Counted from the stretch's first letter, positions 38,882 through 53,200 are shown. The stretch: 64,000 nt of DNA from Eledone cirrhosa (GCA_964016885.1 OZ024745.1:43152001-43216000); one strand, 5' to 3'. Translations and numbers: made by a program. The notes: generated by a model from the letters alone, not told the origin.

Positions 38882-39876
38882 CTAATAAAAAAAGAAACAA
38901 CAAAAAAATACAAATGCAATATTCATATATTTTTTTATCAATGCAGCTTATTTTATTACAAAAAAGAGTGAAAAAACCAAACAAAAACAAAATTACAATC
39001 TCTAAAAAATACAAAAAAAATTTGAAATCAATTTCAATAGTAACTTTGTGCAAACACAACTTCTCTGGAGTTGGTGATCTACATGATAAACACACCCAGT
39101 GGACTCTATAACATGGTTAGTGGTAGGAAGGGCATCAAACCATATAAAACCTGTCTAACAAAGGGTCTGAAGGACTCTTCAGCTGTGTCAAAGACAGGAC
39201 AATCTCCCTAGTGGTGGGGGCCATGATAAAATACACCTGGTAGAACATAGGTGGCCTATCTAAAGAGTGAGTAGCTCCACTTCAATACTGACTCTGCTCA
39301 TGAAAACTTGTCCAACCCTTGTTAGCAGGGAAGATGGATGATAAGTACAGTTAATATCTTTCTTACTACTAATTATGTAAGTGTAAAAATTTGTTATCAA
39401 CATAATCAATTGAGCAAGCAAACTTATGTACTGTGTCATGGTGCACAAGACAATGCTTATAGTAAAGTTTAGATTCATGTTTCTGTGTTCACATGAAAGA
39501 GATAGTGCTATGGTATATACATACATCACCCAAAGGCCATGATAGATAATGGTACAAAAGCACTAGCTTTTAAATGCACAATTATTTCATCTCTTTGCCT
39601 CTTCAATCACTACTGCAACAGCTCTTCTTAACTAGCTAGCTGGATAACATCATCACAAGCCACATTAAATACTTTGCCTAGTTCTTCCTTCCCAGGATTG
39701 CAATTTCCTGGAATTCCCTTTCTGTGCACACTTTTCTTGCACACATCAATTGTCATGTGAGAGTCTGCTAAAGTCATGGACATTGCCTCACATAATGACT
39801 AGCTTATAACTAAAAAAAATATCTCAACTCAAACAACCATCATACTTTAAGGAATATTTTCATTTTCTTTACTTAC

Positions 39877-39958
39877 ATAACGATGGAAATCTCGGAATGA
39901 ATGTAGCATGTAAAATCTATGGAAATAAACCACACCTGTACCACATGTATCAAATCTT
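39877..39958 (-). CDS. CCNK: Cyclin K exon
   Basis: [27 protein letters not shown] matches human [27 protein letters not shown]. Confidence 0.94.
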
Positions 39959-42900
39959 CTGTGGCGATATTAAGGAAATCATCATCATCGTTTTTATATC
40001 TGTTTATTTATATATATATATGTATAATGACTTTTTTTTCAGAAAACTTTCTAAAATAAAGTAAATATGTATAATGAGATATGTACATATAAATAATGAG
40101 AAAATTTATTACTGAGTGAGACCATTATTATCCTTATTTAACATCCATTTCAGCCAAAACTGTGATGTGTAGAAAGATGGATTCTTGCATTAAAATGTTT
40201 GCCATAAGTGAATTTCATGGTAGTTTCTAATGTCAATCAAACATGAATGTTTTAAACTTATGAGTCTGTCATCTTTTAATGCTATACAAATATCAGATCA
40301 TCCATATATTCTGCTGACACAATAAACTGTTTATAGTATTGATCCCAATGAAAAGGATCATGATAGCTAATACTGATGAAACTGTCCTTTACAAATCCCC
40401 TGATCATGTTTTTTCTTTCAGATGCTGAAACTGAACTTTGTGTCACCTCACCAGTCTTGATGACCCTGTGAAAGTTATGAGCAATGCCTTTTTCTTCTGA
40501 TTAAACTAAAAACATATGGAGTTCTATTTGTATGAATTTAGTGAAGCTGTTAAATTATGTCATATGAAGGCTTATGATGAAGATTAAACTGATCAGTTTC
40601 AGTGTTACTTTATAATTTATCAGGATTCGCTTATCCTTTTCTCACAATGCTGGGGATTTGTTATCTAGCAAGAAAAGAGGCACTATGTTCATTGTTGAAA
40701 TGTTTGGTTTGTGCTGTCAAAATGTTGGGTTCCATCACCAATGATCTCTTTTCCACTTGGGTGGAATGATTCTTATTTGTACTCATTTTCAAATTTCCTA
40801 TCTGTATGTTATGAAACTGCATTCCTGTATGTTCAGCAAGGAGTAAAGCAGTAGCCTGAGTAACTGATAATCAACTAGCATGTAAATAAGATGTAATTAG
40901 GCACATACTTCAATAAGTAAGCTACTTATGTCTGGCTTCTTGGGAAGGAAAAGTAAGTGGATCCTGATGAACTGTTAAATAACAGTGAAAACAGTGGGAC
41001 TAATCTTCATTTTAAGCTGCTGAAAATTCCTTCATGGACAGATTTAAAAAAATGACTCGGTTTAAATCAGTCAACAATTTTTTGCTTTTGTCAATTCCAT
41101 AAAACTTCCTTGTAGACGTATTATACATTTTCCTTTATTTAAGGATTCTATGAAGGCTACAATAAGAGGTGATTCCTCGGAGTTAAGGATAATTGTCTAC
41201 AAGATTTACATTCCCTGGACCTGTATTTGGTTAAATAGGTCAATGTGGGTCCAACAAGTTGGATTGTTAAATGATTGTTGTTTTGCAGGAAAAGGGATGC
41301 TGAGTTGGTTGTTAGTCATTGTTTTCTACACTCATTTATCTTTAAGTTAAACTAAATGCAGTGAGAGATCGGTGACTGTAAGGAATGGAGAGGTTCCGTT
41401 TAGTAGGAAAGCCTCAATAGTACAAATGGTATGATGATATGCCCTCGGGATCCCTTGTAAAGCTGTTTATGAATGAACTGAGATGGTGTAGAGTATAGAG
41501 GACTCTTGTTGAGTGCATGGCAACCTCTCTAGTGTTGATGTCACAATAAACTGCACCTAGCACACTCTCTAAAGTAACTGATGCTAAGAAGGGTATCCAG
41601 CTGTTAAAAGAATGCCAAAATATGGAACATATAAGAAAGACATGATTATCTGCTGTGTCTTGTTTCAGACAGTGATGACTTGTCCAACCAATGTCAGCAT
41701 GAAAAACAAATGTAAAATGATGATGTTGTTCAGTTAATGCTGTATGAAAGTGTTGGGATCCATCAAAGATCATAAGTTTTTACTTGTGTTGGTTATTTCC
41801 CAGTGATTCCCACTTTTATGCAGATGCCACATTTCTTCAAATTTCCTTTAAGTTTATTTTTGGACAGCTTCTTTTGTCCTTTTCCCATGCATTTACCCAT
41901 CTTAGCAGAGATCAAATCAGTCATTTTGGCAACTAATGACCCATAGCATGGCCAGTTCAGAGTTTCAATTCAGATATTGGTTTGCTTGAGCTTACTGTCA
42001 TTCCTGTCTGTTCTGCCTCTGGATGTGTATAGTTTTCATGACACTTATGGTGAGGTTGCCTATAAGTTGATCTAGTTTCAGAGTTGTCTACGAATAGATA
42101 TAAAAATTGTCTTAACTCTTTTGATATCAAACTGTTTGAAACCAGCCTGTTTATATGATATAAAATTGTCTGTTTTCCAGTATTTATATTCTCTAACAAT
42201 CTTCTGTGATAATTTTACGTAAGAACCTTTGTCAAGTTATGTTACAAACACCAGCTGAATAATGAGAAAGTTAGTTACATTACTAAACCCCACTAACTCC
42301 TTGATTATTAAACATCTTTTTTTGAAAATCAAATGCAGTTTCTATCATTAGAAATCTGGTAATGAAAAGATTATACATAATTTGGTTGACTCAGATGGAG
42401 TGGAATAAGAAAGTGATACATGTTCTTTCTCATCTTCCTTTCAGTTACGCTTCACCTCACCTCACGATGGGTAAAGTAACCAGAACTTGCCATGTGTGAG
42501 GTGTGAGATTTAGACCTCCCAGCTCTCATACAGCACAGATGGCAAATTTTGTGCTAGAATGAAGACTATGATTATAACAGTATGCAGATGAGTGATTTTA
42601 GCCGAAGAAACAAAGACAATGTAATTTTCACTGATGCATTTGAGTCTTAATCTACTCTCAATGTAAGGAAAACAAAGGTCTTTCAAAAACAAGCACCCAT
42701 AGCCATTCAGGGGCAGATGGTAGAAAATGTAAAACACTTCCAATATAGTGAAAAGAATTAATCATTTTATCACATACTGATAAAAAGTAATCAGTCCCCC
42801 TTATCAGGTGGTAGTGTTGGTGTTATGATAAAAAGTATCTGGTACAGGCCATAAAGTGGTTGGTATTTGGAAGAACATTCAGTTGTAGAAACCATGCCAG

Positions 42901-43755
42901 AATGGAACGCATGAGTAAGACACAGTCATTTGACTCATCTGGCCCCAGAGGGTGACAACTCCTCTAGGTTTTGCAAGCATAGAAAATTGATGTAAAATGG
43001 TGAAGATGATTATGATGTTTATAACAATGCTATAAAATCACGACGCCTACTTAGCAATCTTATGTGTCTACACTTTAACATGGAATTCTTTTTAAAGAGA
43101 AAACATTTGTTTAAGTATATTATATCTACTAGCTGGAAATATATGTAGCAGTGTGCTAATATCTAAAAAGGTAATTTGATCTTACTGAAAGTATTAATGA
43201 ACAATTATCAGTTATATCTTCAGTTTTAAAATAGCCCTTCTCCCATAACTTTTCCATGACTATTTCTAATAAAATACACTCTATTTCAATTAATTAATGA
43301 AGAATTTTGAGAGATTTACTAAAATTATTATTTCATTACAAAGATAGTAAATTAATACATGGTTCGTATACAAAATTATGTTGGAATATTGAATATTTTA
43401 ATTTAAAATTGAGACCCTTTAAAGTGGGTGGGTTTGTTTCATAGAACCAGAACAGGTTTTGAGTGGGTTAATGCCAAAAGGGTTAAAAACTGACTGTTAT
43501 GGATGACCCATAAGTAGATGGTATTTAAATATTTATATAATATTTAAAGTTGCTTTACTAAGAGTCTACATATATATAACGAAAACTATTCAAAAATACA
43601 ACTGCCATTCCTTGAATAAGAAGGGTGGGTCACTTTCACTATGTCAACTTACAACTAGTATCAAAGTGATGTGGATCGCTATATTCAAGGATGGCCACAA
43701 AAACATTTATTTATTTATTATTTTTACATGACAGGTTTTGCTATAAAAAGGATAC
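39959..43755 (-). other. U12-type (minor spliceosome) GT-AG intron of CCNK
   Basis: 5' splice site GTATCCTTT. Branch sequence TTCCTTAAT (39977-39969) lies 8 nt before the AG, with no polypyrimidine tract. Confidence 0.9.
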
Positions 43756-43892
43756 AGTCCCATTTTTGTACCAGCATCTAAAATAAAGCGAGCACCTTCT
43801 CGCCGGTATCGTGCTTCAACCTCTGGTGAGATACCATCTTGATACGATGCAGTGTTTCGTAAATCTTTCTTTTCAAAAAACCAGCAAGGCAT
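43756..43892 (-). CDS. CCNK: Cyclin K first coding exon
   Basis: [45 protein letters not shown]. An acceptor lies 4 nt upstream of the ATG, so a non-coding first exon exists. Confidence 0.95.
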
Positions 43893-44649
43893 TTTTCTGC
43901 AAAAGACAAAATAATCAAAATGAAAAGAACTACATTAATCAAACGTCAGATATTCCTAAAATTTACACTAAATAGAAGTCTATTTTATAACATTGGTTTA
44001 TGTAGAAGAATGGTAAAATCAAATATACACACATGGTTAGTACTTATTCTATTGATACCGGGGAAGCCGGAACGCAGTCAACTCGAACAAAGTATTTTAA
44101 TTCATATAGGATGATGACACTAAATAGTTAAACATTAACTCTGGCACTCTATTATTTTTAAAACTTCCTTCTTATTATCTGAAGAGGAGAGTTACGAAAG
44201 TTGGATCGAACATTCCCCCAGTATGTTAGTTTGGCTTAACATACTGGGGGTAATTAGAATCAACTCTAACCTTACCTTCTAAAAATTGCACCCAAGTAAG
44301 AATATTTAATAATGATTTGTTACACAAGCTTGGGACTACAAATTTATAAGAGGATATTTGACTGTAAGCTATTTACGTCTTTCTCAAGTGATACAATTTC
44401 AAACAGAATAGCGGATGCAACTTGCTGGATATTTAACTCCCGTTCCACAGTGCTCATCAAATCACAACATTAAAAAGACTAAAATAATAAGACAATAATA
44501 CCGCCTTAATAAACTTTACAACTTTAGAATTGATTTTCGTTTATATTAAAAGAGGACACAACATTAAAAGTCATATTAAAATTAAGAAGTTTATACAAGG
44601 GAAAAATAGCGTTACGAAAAAGGGATGGCTTTACAATAAAGATTAGTTT

Positions 44650-45550
44650 CACGGCACATATGTATCTCAGTTCTTAGAACGAATAGTAGATAGTCTTACC
44701 CTGAGGAGAGTTATTGTAATCCGTCGGTTAATTTGGGTCGTATTAAAACTGGAATGTATCATGAGTATCAGAATACGCTTTTAGTAGCAGAATTGGTTGA
44801 AAAGTCAGGATTACAGAAACAAGAAAAGTTACGAAACGTGAACACTGAAAAAATTACACAATTAACGAAACACGGATCTAAGTGTAGACAAAGCTATCAA
44901 ACTAATCGTAATCTTAGTTACGCATTTCTGTCATTAAGTATTTGTTATCAATAATGAAAATAATAATTTCGATCAAATTCAAATAATATTTAATTTTAAA
45001 TAGTGTTTATGAATTTTGAAGTCATCTAAATTATTGATTTATAGAAATGAATGTAACAAAAGTTTCCTGAAAATGACAATGAAAACTTACCACAAAACTT
45101 TATATAAAGCTAGAAGCATCAGTTTCGGCGAGTATTTGGTTGTCTAATTTACTAAATTTGTCCCTTGAAACTACGTTTCGGTTAACCTTTTCGTGTTCAC
45201 ATCTTAGATTCACAGAAATCTTTTGTTCTAGGAGTTTGGTGAAATTTTTTCTTGGTATTTGTACAGAATAAGTAACATCGATGCCTCGTGCCGCGATTAT
45301 TTTATATTTTGACTAATATTTTCTGTAATCTAAAGCGTAACAGTTGTACAGTTTGATCATTCAGTATTTCACTTGTTAAATATCTCATCGAGTTTGCTGC
45401 AAACTTTCATAAACCCAGATTGCAATATATAATGAAACAGGTTTAGGATTTATTATATTGTATGACATTCACCAAAAGTTTGCAACGCTGATTGTAAAAC
45501 TTACACTATGGCGTCCAGTGAAATATTGTAACTGTTGTAGCTGTTTTCAT
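44650..45550 (-). promoter_or_regulatory. Probable CCNK promoter and non-coding first exon region
   Basis: Repeat-poor and richer in CpG than its flanks. Strong minus-strand donors CAGG|GTAAGA (44700) and GTG|GTAAGT (45091). Confidence 0.4.
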
Positions 45551-47145
45551 TTTCAGTTGCTCCTACGAATGATGCCTGTAGTTATTTACTTATGGTTATT
45601 ATGAGTAATTTTCTTATTTGATATCAAACTGTATATAGTCCTTGTATCCACTTCAGTGTGATCTTTAAATAGATTCATCTTCAAATAATTAAAAAACAGA
45701 AAAACAATTTATTTGGATAGAAAGATCGGATGGAATTATATTCACTTAACCAGTCAGTTTACATATTTTCTTGATACAGTTTTTCTCGTTTTATCGTTCA
45801 CAATCTAGATAAGATTAATATCTTATCTCCTGTTATACACTTTACAATCAAATATACAATTTAGTTTAACCACTCTTTATTCTCAATGTGAAGAAGCGAA
45901 CGACTACCTTTCCTCTCGTTGTTGCAAAATAGTTAAAAACTGCCCAATCATTACTAGAAAGTAGTGAAGTCTATTGAAATCTTAGCTACAGTATGTATTA
46001 TCACATGGTTAAATTTTTACATAAACATCCGTCTCGAGTTGAACATTTCCCTCCGTGTGTTTTCAACTATTGACCTCCAAACCCGTTGGAAATGACTTGT
46101 TTTTCAGATGTCGGAAGAAGAAAAAAAAGAGGGGGGGGAGGGGGCTCGGAGATTTGAAAAAATATTTCTAGCCGAACTCTAGATTGGTGTTTATGTAAAA
46201 AATTATCATTTGTTTTACAGGAGCAGTCTTTTGCAAGGAACCTGTTCCTTTATATTTTATCACTTTAATTTGGCATTAATTAGCAGAGTTTCATGTGATT
46301 GACTCCTTTCTATTAATATTGTCAACATAACAAACTATTGTCATCAAGCAGTATCGATTAAGGAAAACTAATTTTATCATTAGAAGTAATATGATTAACA
46401 GAGTAATAGTTGTTGCAGTTCAGTAAGGATACTCGCCTTCAAAACGGTATTGTATTCTTTTGGAAGCTAATATTTTAAAAATGTTTTCCTTTTAACTTGC
46501 TCTAAGCGCAGTATCTCAATTTCTCAAACATTTCCCCCCAATTAGAACTTTTCTGTTGTTTCTTTCTTAGGTAAGGACGAATTATCTCCCTTTGTAACTG
46601 ACGCGGCATCATTCGACCTGCACACTTTCTAAGAATTTTCAAACATTTCCCCGAAACATTAGGAAAAAATGACCCTTAAATCAGTTATATTTTTCTTCCG
46701 TTCTCTTGTTAGTTAATTGTTTTAACTGAAACTGATTTCCTTTTCATTTTGAAGGTTCTTGCTATTGTTCACTTGCACTACCGATGTGTTAGGTGATGCT
46801 CGCTAGGGTGCTTGGTTATTCCAGCATCTTAGCCACGCTATCATTTACGGCAATGTTGCGAGTGTGTCGGTTTTCTTAAAATATTTGAAGGAAGTCCCAA
46901 CGTCTTCACCCACCACTTTTTTGTTTATATATAGATTGTAATTATTTGTATACATTCTATTGAAATATACCTATGCATGCTTTTTGTTATAATTCCTTCT
47001 GAAATTTTATAAGTTTTACACAATTAAAATATTGTGAGACTTCGCCTATTGCTTGTGCTGCTTCCGTCTGTATCATGAAATTGAATAAATTCCTAGTTAT
47101 TTTAGAACCAATCAAATGGAAGACTAGTGCATTTAAATAATAATA

Positions 47146-47330
47146 ATTGTTTCTACTTTTGGCACAAGGCCAGCTATTACCCCAGTGCATTACTGGTACT
47201 TTATTTTATCGACCCCGTAAGGATGAAAGGCAAAGTTAACCTCGGCAGGATTTGAACTCAGAATGGCAAGGGCCGTAACTCTGCGTCAATGCATGGCATC
47301 CGACCCTCTACCGATACTGCCAATCCGCCG
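47146..47330 (-). mobile_element. tRNA-derived SINE (second family), near full length
   Basis: High similarity to the copies at 35242-35416 and 51912-52088. Confidence 0.8.
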
Positions 47331-47839
47331 AATGAAAATTATTGTGTACAGTGCTCAGGTGCACTACAACTCATCAAAGGTGCCTGTATAGTACATAGAA
47401 TAATGTACAAATGTCAGGAAATTGAACAGTGAGTCATGATATACACAAATACATGCATGTGTATGGAGGGGGAATATCATTTGAGAGGATTTCATATCTT
47501 CTCTTGTTGACACTATATCAGACCTGGACACAAAGGCGAGCAACTTATATGTTGTCGATGGCAAAATACGGAATAGATATATATCTTTGGGAACATAAAC
47601 TCTATAATTATTTTATTAATTTATGATGCTAACTTCAAGTTCTTTGTGTTTAGAGTAGACAAAAAGAAACTACTCTAGTGTATTTCCTCCAAGCAATTTA
47701 TTTTAACAACCACAAGTGAACTTGCTAATACTCTATCCATCTAATTCCACTTATCTCATTTTTCTCTTCTCTATTCCATCTCTGCTGAATACAAGATTAG
47801 GCATTTTGTTTAACCCTTCCCTTCTTGTGTCTTTTCCCC

Positions 47840-48285
47840 TGTTAGTGTTGGTGATTTACATGATAAATGGATCCAGTACACACTGTAAAGTGGTTGGTGA
47901 TAGGAAGGGCATCTAGCTGTAGGAAACTTGCCAAATAAAGGGTTGGGTGGACCCTTCCGTTGTGTCAAAATATGACAACCTCTCTAGTGTTGGTGATTTA
48001 CATGATAAACACACCCAGTGCATGCTGTTAAGTGGTTGGTGATAGGAAGGGCATCCAGCTATAGGAAGTTTGCCAAAGAAAGGGTTAGGAGGACTCTTCA
48101 TATGTGTCAAAATATGACTGCTGGTGCTATTATAAAGTGCACTCTGTAGAGTATGTGACCATATGTAAATAAGATACAGGCTCCCAGCTCATTTGAAAGG
48201 TTAGAAGCCTCGTTTTAGTACTGACTCAGTCTGTGAAAACCCATTCAATCCTTGCTAGTAGGGAACATGGATGACAATGATGATT
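47840..48285 (+). mobile_element. Non-autonomous RTE-related repeat with internal duplication
   Basis: The unit TAGTGTTGGTG..CCCAGT..AAGTGGTTGGTGATAGGAAGGGCATC occurs twice, followed by an RTE-like tail. Related copies near 9880, 24060, 29750, 31560, 35860, 39060, 41520, 42810, 48555 and 57875. Confidence 0.65.
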
Positions 48286-51200
48286 AATGTTCATGCTGCA
48301 AACTTTGTAACTTAATTCATAATGTTTTAGTTCATTGCGTTTAAAGAAGTTTTACCCACAGAATTTACTGTTTCAGCACACTTACCTAGCTCTGATAGAA
48401 TTATTACTTAAATTGTGAAAGTAGAATTACTATTCTGACATCATTGCTCTTATATGTCTGTTCTAATACACTGTTTTCATCAGAACATCATCATCATCGT
48501 TTAACATGATACTGCAAATCTGAAAGTTCACACATTTTTAACAACAATCACTAAATGTGGTTGGAGTTAGGAAGGGCATCCAGCTATAAAAATCCTGGCT
48601 AAATTTACAGTCCCATCAGAGCAAGGTACGGTGTGGCCAACCCTGGCCAGACTTGTCTCTTGATGCAGATGATCCATCTGACATATGCAAGCATGGAAAA
48701 ATCAGTGATGATGATGAATCACATTGAATTTTTAGTAATAATGAACAGAAAGAGAAAAAGAAAGGTTGGAGAAGAAAAAAAAAGAATGAAATAATGAACT
48801 GTCAGTAAAGTCATAGCAACATGTGAGCTGCATATATTACATATGGTTATTTACATCACAGAGAAAAGGTTTTTTTATGGCTTAGTCAAAGGAGGAAGTG
48901 TAGCAGCCATGATCTTTTGTAGGGCTTCCGAGATTAGTAAAGGAAAGGGAAGAAGAAACCACAACACATGGGTTAACCCCAAACTGGAAATTTGCTTTGA
49001 ATACTTGCAACAAAGTGGACTCTGCTAACAACAGCTGAGGATTAGTTGCTGGTGTTAAATCAGGTGACAGATTAAGTCCACCATTCAATATATACATAAT
49101 TCTTTCTAACATTGACACAAGGACAGCAATTTAGGGTAAGGGAAACATCGATCATATCGATCCCTTTATATAACTGGTACTTTATTTTATCTACCTGGAA
49201 AAGACAAAAGGCAAAGTTAACCTTGATCGGATTTGAACTAAATACTGCAAAGCATTTTGTCTGACACCGCCTTTTTCAATATATACATAATAACAGACGA
49301 GTTATTTAAAAAATGTGGATTATAAGTGCTCTGAATACTTTACACATGTTGGCAATTGCTCAGGTTATATTACAACACCAGGATCCTATACAAATGGAAT
49401 GGCTTGACTGTAACATGTAGAGAAAACAGTAGTTGTATTGATAAAGCTTATGTATATTTTTCTAAAAATTGTTTCAGTATTGAACAGCAACCATGCTGGG
49501 ACACTGACCTTAAAGGTTGTAGTCGATTATATCATCTCCTTTACTTCAGTATTTATTTTATGGATATCATAGGAGGGAGAAAAACGAGGGCAATCAAACG
49601 TAAAGGGAGGTAACTGAGACTAAGTTTTTTTGTTTTTTTAAAATTATGTTGACGCACGCAGACATATCAGATGGTTTTCCATACAGTTTCCACTTACTAG
49701 GCTTTCATCAGCTCGATTCAATAGTAGAAGACACAGATCCGAGGTGAAATATAGACGGATCGATTGTGAAGCAAATTTCTTAATTATGACACTATACAAT
49801 GAATCCGTCAGATTTTTGTCGAATGTTTTACTCTTTTTATTTTATACAGTCAAAGGAAGTGTCTGAATTTGTTAATGCTATCTAATAAGGTATGAATAAT
49901 ACTGCCTCTCACACTATACCTCGCATTATACGTATGTAGAAATTATTACGTTAATAAAGAGTGATACATGCTGTGTTTTGGTAAAAAAATTTCTGTAGTA
50001 GCTATAGTACATGGAAAACATTTGACGAAAAAAAGTATATAAGGAGTCCTGTGCCTTATATATGAGATGACATTTAAAATGTTGAAGGGTGCTGTATAGT
50101 ACCTCTTCAACCCATGAACGTTTAGGGAAACATTTCTATTTCATTGTTATACATCCATATTTCTCTGGTAGCACAGGTGCAATTGTGTGTATTGTTGGAA
50201 CATTTGTTTTACCAGTAGAATGCTCTTCTACTAATTACTTGACTGTGAAGTAGGAATGGTGACTCTCATCTACTAATTGAGTTGATGCAAAATTATCTAC
50301 CTGGCTTAAGAGCACAAGCTTCTTTGTTAGATTGATTTGCTACAAATAGCAATCATATCTCCCTCAAATCACACTACCATCTTAAAAAATGCAAGAGGCT
50401 TGCATGCAGGACACTAGTTGTGGGTGGACACATTAAAATTCCTACAACGGTAAGATCATAGCTTGAACATGTTTGGTTCTATGTCTGCTTAATCAGGGTC
50501 GATCTGTGACTAAACAATAACAATGCTGAGTTTCTTGACTACTGATAATATAGTTAGTAGTATAATCTCATCTTGTCTTCTGGAATGTTATTGTTTGGGT
50601 TAAACAGGCTGGTGGATTGGCAGATTTGGTAGAGCATAGATAAAATGTCATTATGATATTTGTTCCAAGTCTATATACCAAATTCAAATCCTGCTGAGGT
50701 TAACTTTTGAAGTTGATAAAATAAAGTACCAGTCAGGTACTGGAGTCAATATAAGTGACATTCCACCTTTCACTCAAAATTGCTGGCATTGTGCCAAAAT
50801 TAGAAACTATTTTTGGGTTAAACATTAAGTATTTGTAATATTCAGTTGAAAGATGAAGTGTCAAAATCTATACTGCTTGTATCATTTTATACATCACTAT
50901 TTTCACACGCCCCTTTACAGTCTGAGTTCAAATCCTGCTGAGGTTAACTTTTCTTTTCATCCCTACGGGGTCGATAAAATAAAGTACCAGTAATGTACTG
51001 GGTAATTGCTGGCCTTGTGCCAAAAGTAGAAACAACTATTTTCACATTTTTTTAAAACTGCAGTTTTGTCCCCTTACAGTACGATTTAAACTTTTAATTT
51101 CCAACATATTTGTGTTACAAACGTAGAACACATTCGATATTGTTCAGTATTTGTAGGTATAGTTATATATTATCACAGTATCTAATATTCAATCCAGGTA

Positions 51201-51759
51201 ACATGGAAAAGTAGACATTAAATGGTTATGAATGATGATGGAGGAGGTGTATTTCTAACAGCCATATTCTGGACTGCACCAAAGATAAACTGTGCTGGAT
51301 ATACTCATTACGGATTATACCTATACTCATTAATAATTTCCAATCATTGGTTCCCCTTTGAGCTGTGTGTTTATATCTTTACTATGATGACCTCTGATTA
51401 GTTGCATTTAATAATTCTATTGCTCCTAAATCCTAATTTTCATCCTTTTCTTAATCTCTCAATTATGTCATGTTTTTCAGAACCCATACTTTATATACTT
51501 ATTCAGAACTGCATATCTCAGAAACACTTTCCCCTTCTCATTTCTACTATTCCATTATTTCTAGATTGCAGTAGTTCAAATCACACATTAATCAGGCTAA
51601 CTTTATCCAGGAAACTCACATTCACAGCCAAGGAGGGCCTATAAGGATCATAGTTTTAGATTTATATAATCTATTTAGTCATTTTTATTATGATCCATGC
51701 ATAATAGTTTAATCTTGTTATTAACAAGTGTCTGTTTTGCTTATTTGATTAATTCTCTG

Positions 51760-52125
51760 ATAATTGATCAGGGGTTTCCTATCAAATCACACAATCATGG
51801 TGTGTTCTGATGGAGTTCTGTCTGACCCAGGCTGGTCTGTCCCAGAGTTCAGTTTTGTCCTTCATACTATTTCTTTTTTACATTAATGATCTATTTTCTG
51901 TGATTTATAATAATTGTTTCTACTTTTGGCACAAGGCCAGCAATTACCTAGTGCATTACTGGTACTTTATTTTATCGACCCTGTAAGGATGAAAGGCAAA
52001 GTTAACCTCGGCGGGATTTGAATGGCAAGGGCCGTAACTTTATGCATCAAGTCATGGTGTCCGATCCTCTACCGATACTGCCAATCCACAATAATGCTAA
52101 CTCCCTTGCAGATGATGCCACCTTT
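51760..52125 (+). mobile_element. Degraded CR1/Jockey-group RT fragment interrupted by a SINE
   Basis: QSSVLS.ILFLFYINDL before the SINE at 51912-52088 and ADDAT after it. Confidence 0.45.
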
Positions 52126-52282
52126 ATGCCTCTCTCACTATCCTCTACAAATCATTGCCCATATGCTACTTAAAAATCTCACACCAAATCTGCCGTGACT
52201 TCATACACAGAAACCTCAAATACATCTCTAATTGGATCATGTCAATCTTCTTCAACATCGCATAGACACAATCACTATCATT

Positions 52283-52720
52283 TCATCATCATCATCATTT
52301 CATTTTACGTTCGCTTTTTCCCTGCTTGCAAGGGTGGGACGGGAACTGATTCTGGCTTGATTTCTACAGCTGGATGCCCTTCCTAACACTAACCTCATTT
52401 ACAGTGAGTGCTGGATGCTTTTTTTCCGTGGCACCTCCACGTCCACTTTACAGTGTGGGCTGAGTGCTTTATTGCCGTGGCACCCCCATGACCACTTTGC
52501 TGTGGCACCTCCACGACCACTTTGCCGTGGCACTTCTACGACCACTTTGCAGTGGAATGATATGGACCCCAGTCCCTATCATTTTTACAGCTGAGTAAAC
52601 TAGAGCAATGTGAAATAAAGTGTCTTGCTCAAGGAAATAACACATCACCCGGTCTGAGAAGTTAACTCACAACCTTTCGATTGCAAGGCCAATGCTCTAA
52701 CCACTAAGCCATGTGCCTCC
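52283..52720 (-). mobile_element. Full-length CORE-like SINE with RTE tail and expanded internal repeat
   Basis: A and B boxes, CORE-like domain, several GTGGCACCTCCACGACCACTTTGC units and a (CAT)n tail on the plus strand. Confidence 0.85.
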
Positions 52721-52734
52721 ACTATATATACATA

Positions 52735-53200
52735 TATCTAGTAGAGAGTTTCTGTCACCTGGGTGACCAAATTAGAAGTAGAGGAGGGTGTTCCAAAAGC
52801 ACAGTAGCCAGAGTGAGAACAATTTGGAGAAAGTTCAGGGAGTTACTACCGCTGATAACTACAAAAGGTTTTTCCCTCAAAATGAAAAGCAGACTGTATG
52901 ATGCATGTATATGGACAACAATGTTGCATGGTAGCAAGACCTGGGCACTGTGTGCAGAGGACCTGAAAACATTGGAAAGTAAAGAAGCTTCTATGCTTCG
53001 ATGGATGTGCAATAGTAATATACACAAATGATAAAGCATAAATGAACTGTGAGGCATATGAGGGATCAGATGCAGTGTGCAGGAGAGAAGATTGTTTTGG
53101 TATGAACATGTGATGTGTGTGAAGGATGATAGTTGGATAAAAAGGTGCAGAGTGCTCAAAGTCGATGGAAGCCTTGGAGTGGGAAGACTTAGAAGGCCTG
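52735..53200 (+). mobile_element. RTE C-terminal fragment
   Basis: [39 protein letters not shown]. Confidence 0.8.

Noticed and set aside
44178-44212. CTGAAGA...GAAA hammerhead-like spacing
   Set aside because: No credible stem I, II or III pairing.
46700-46936. Possible third Helitron 5' end (TTTATATATAGAT on the plus strand)
   Set aside because: I could not find a matching hairpin-CTAG 3' end.
49849-49889. Exon-like plus-strand segment with AG/GT borders
   Set aside because: No recognisable peptide and no phase-compatible partner exons. It could be a lncRNA exon but the sequence alone does not support that.
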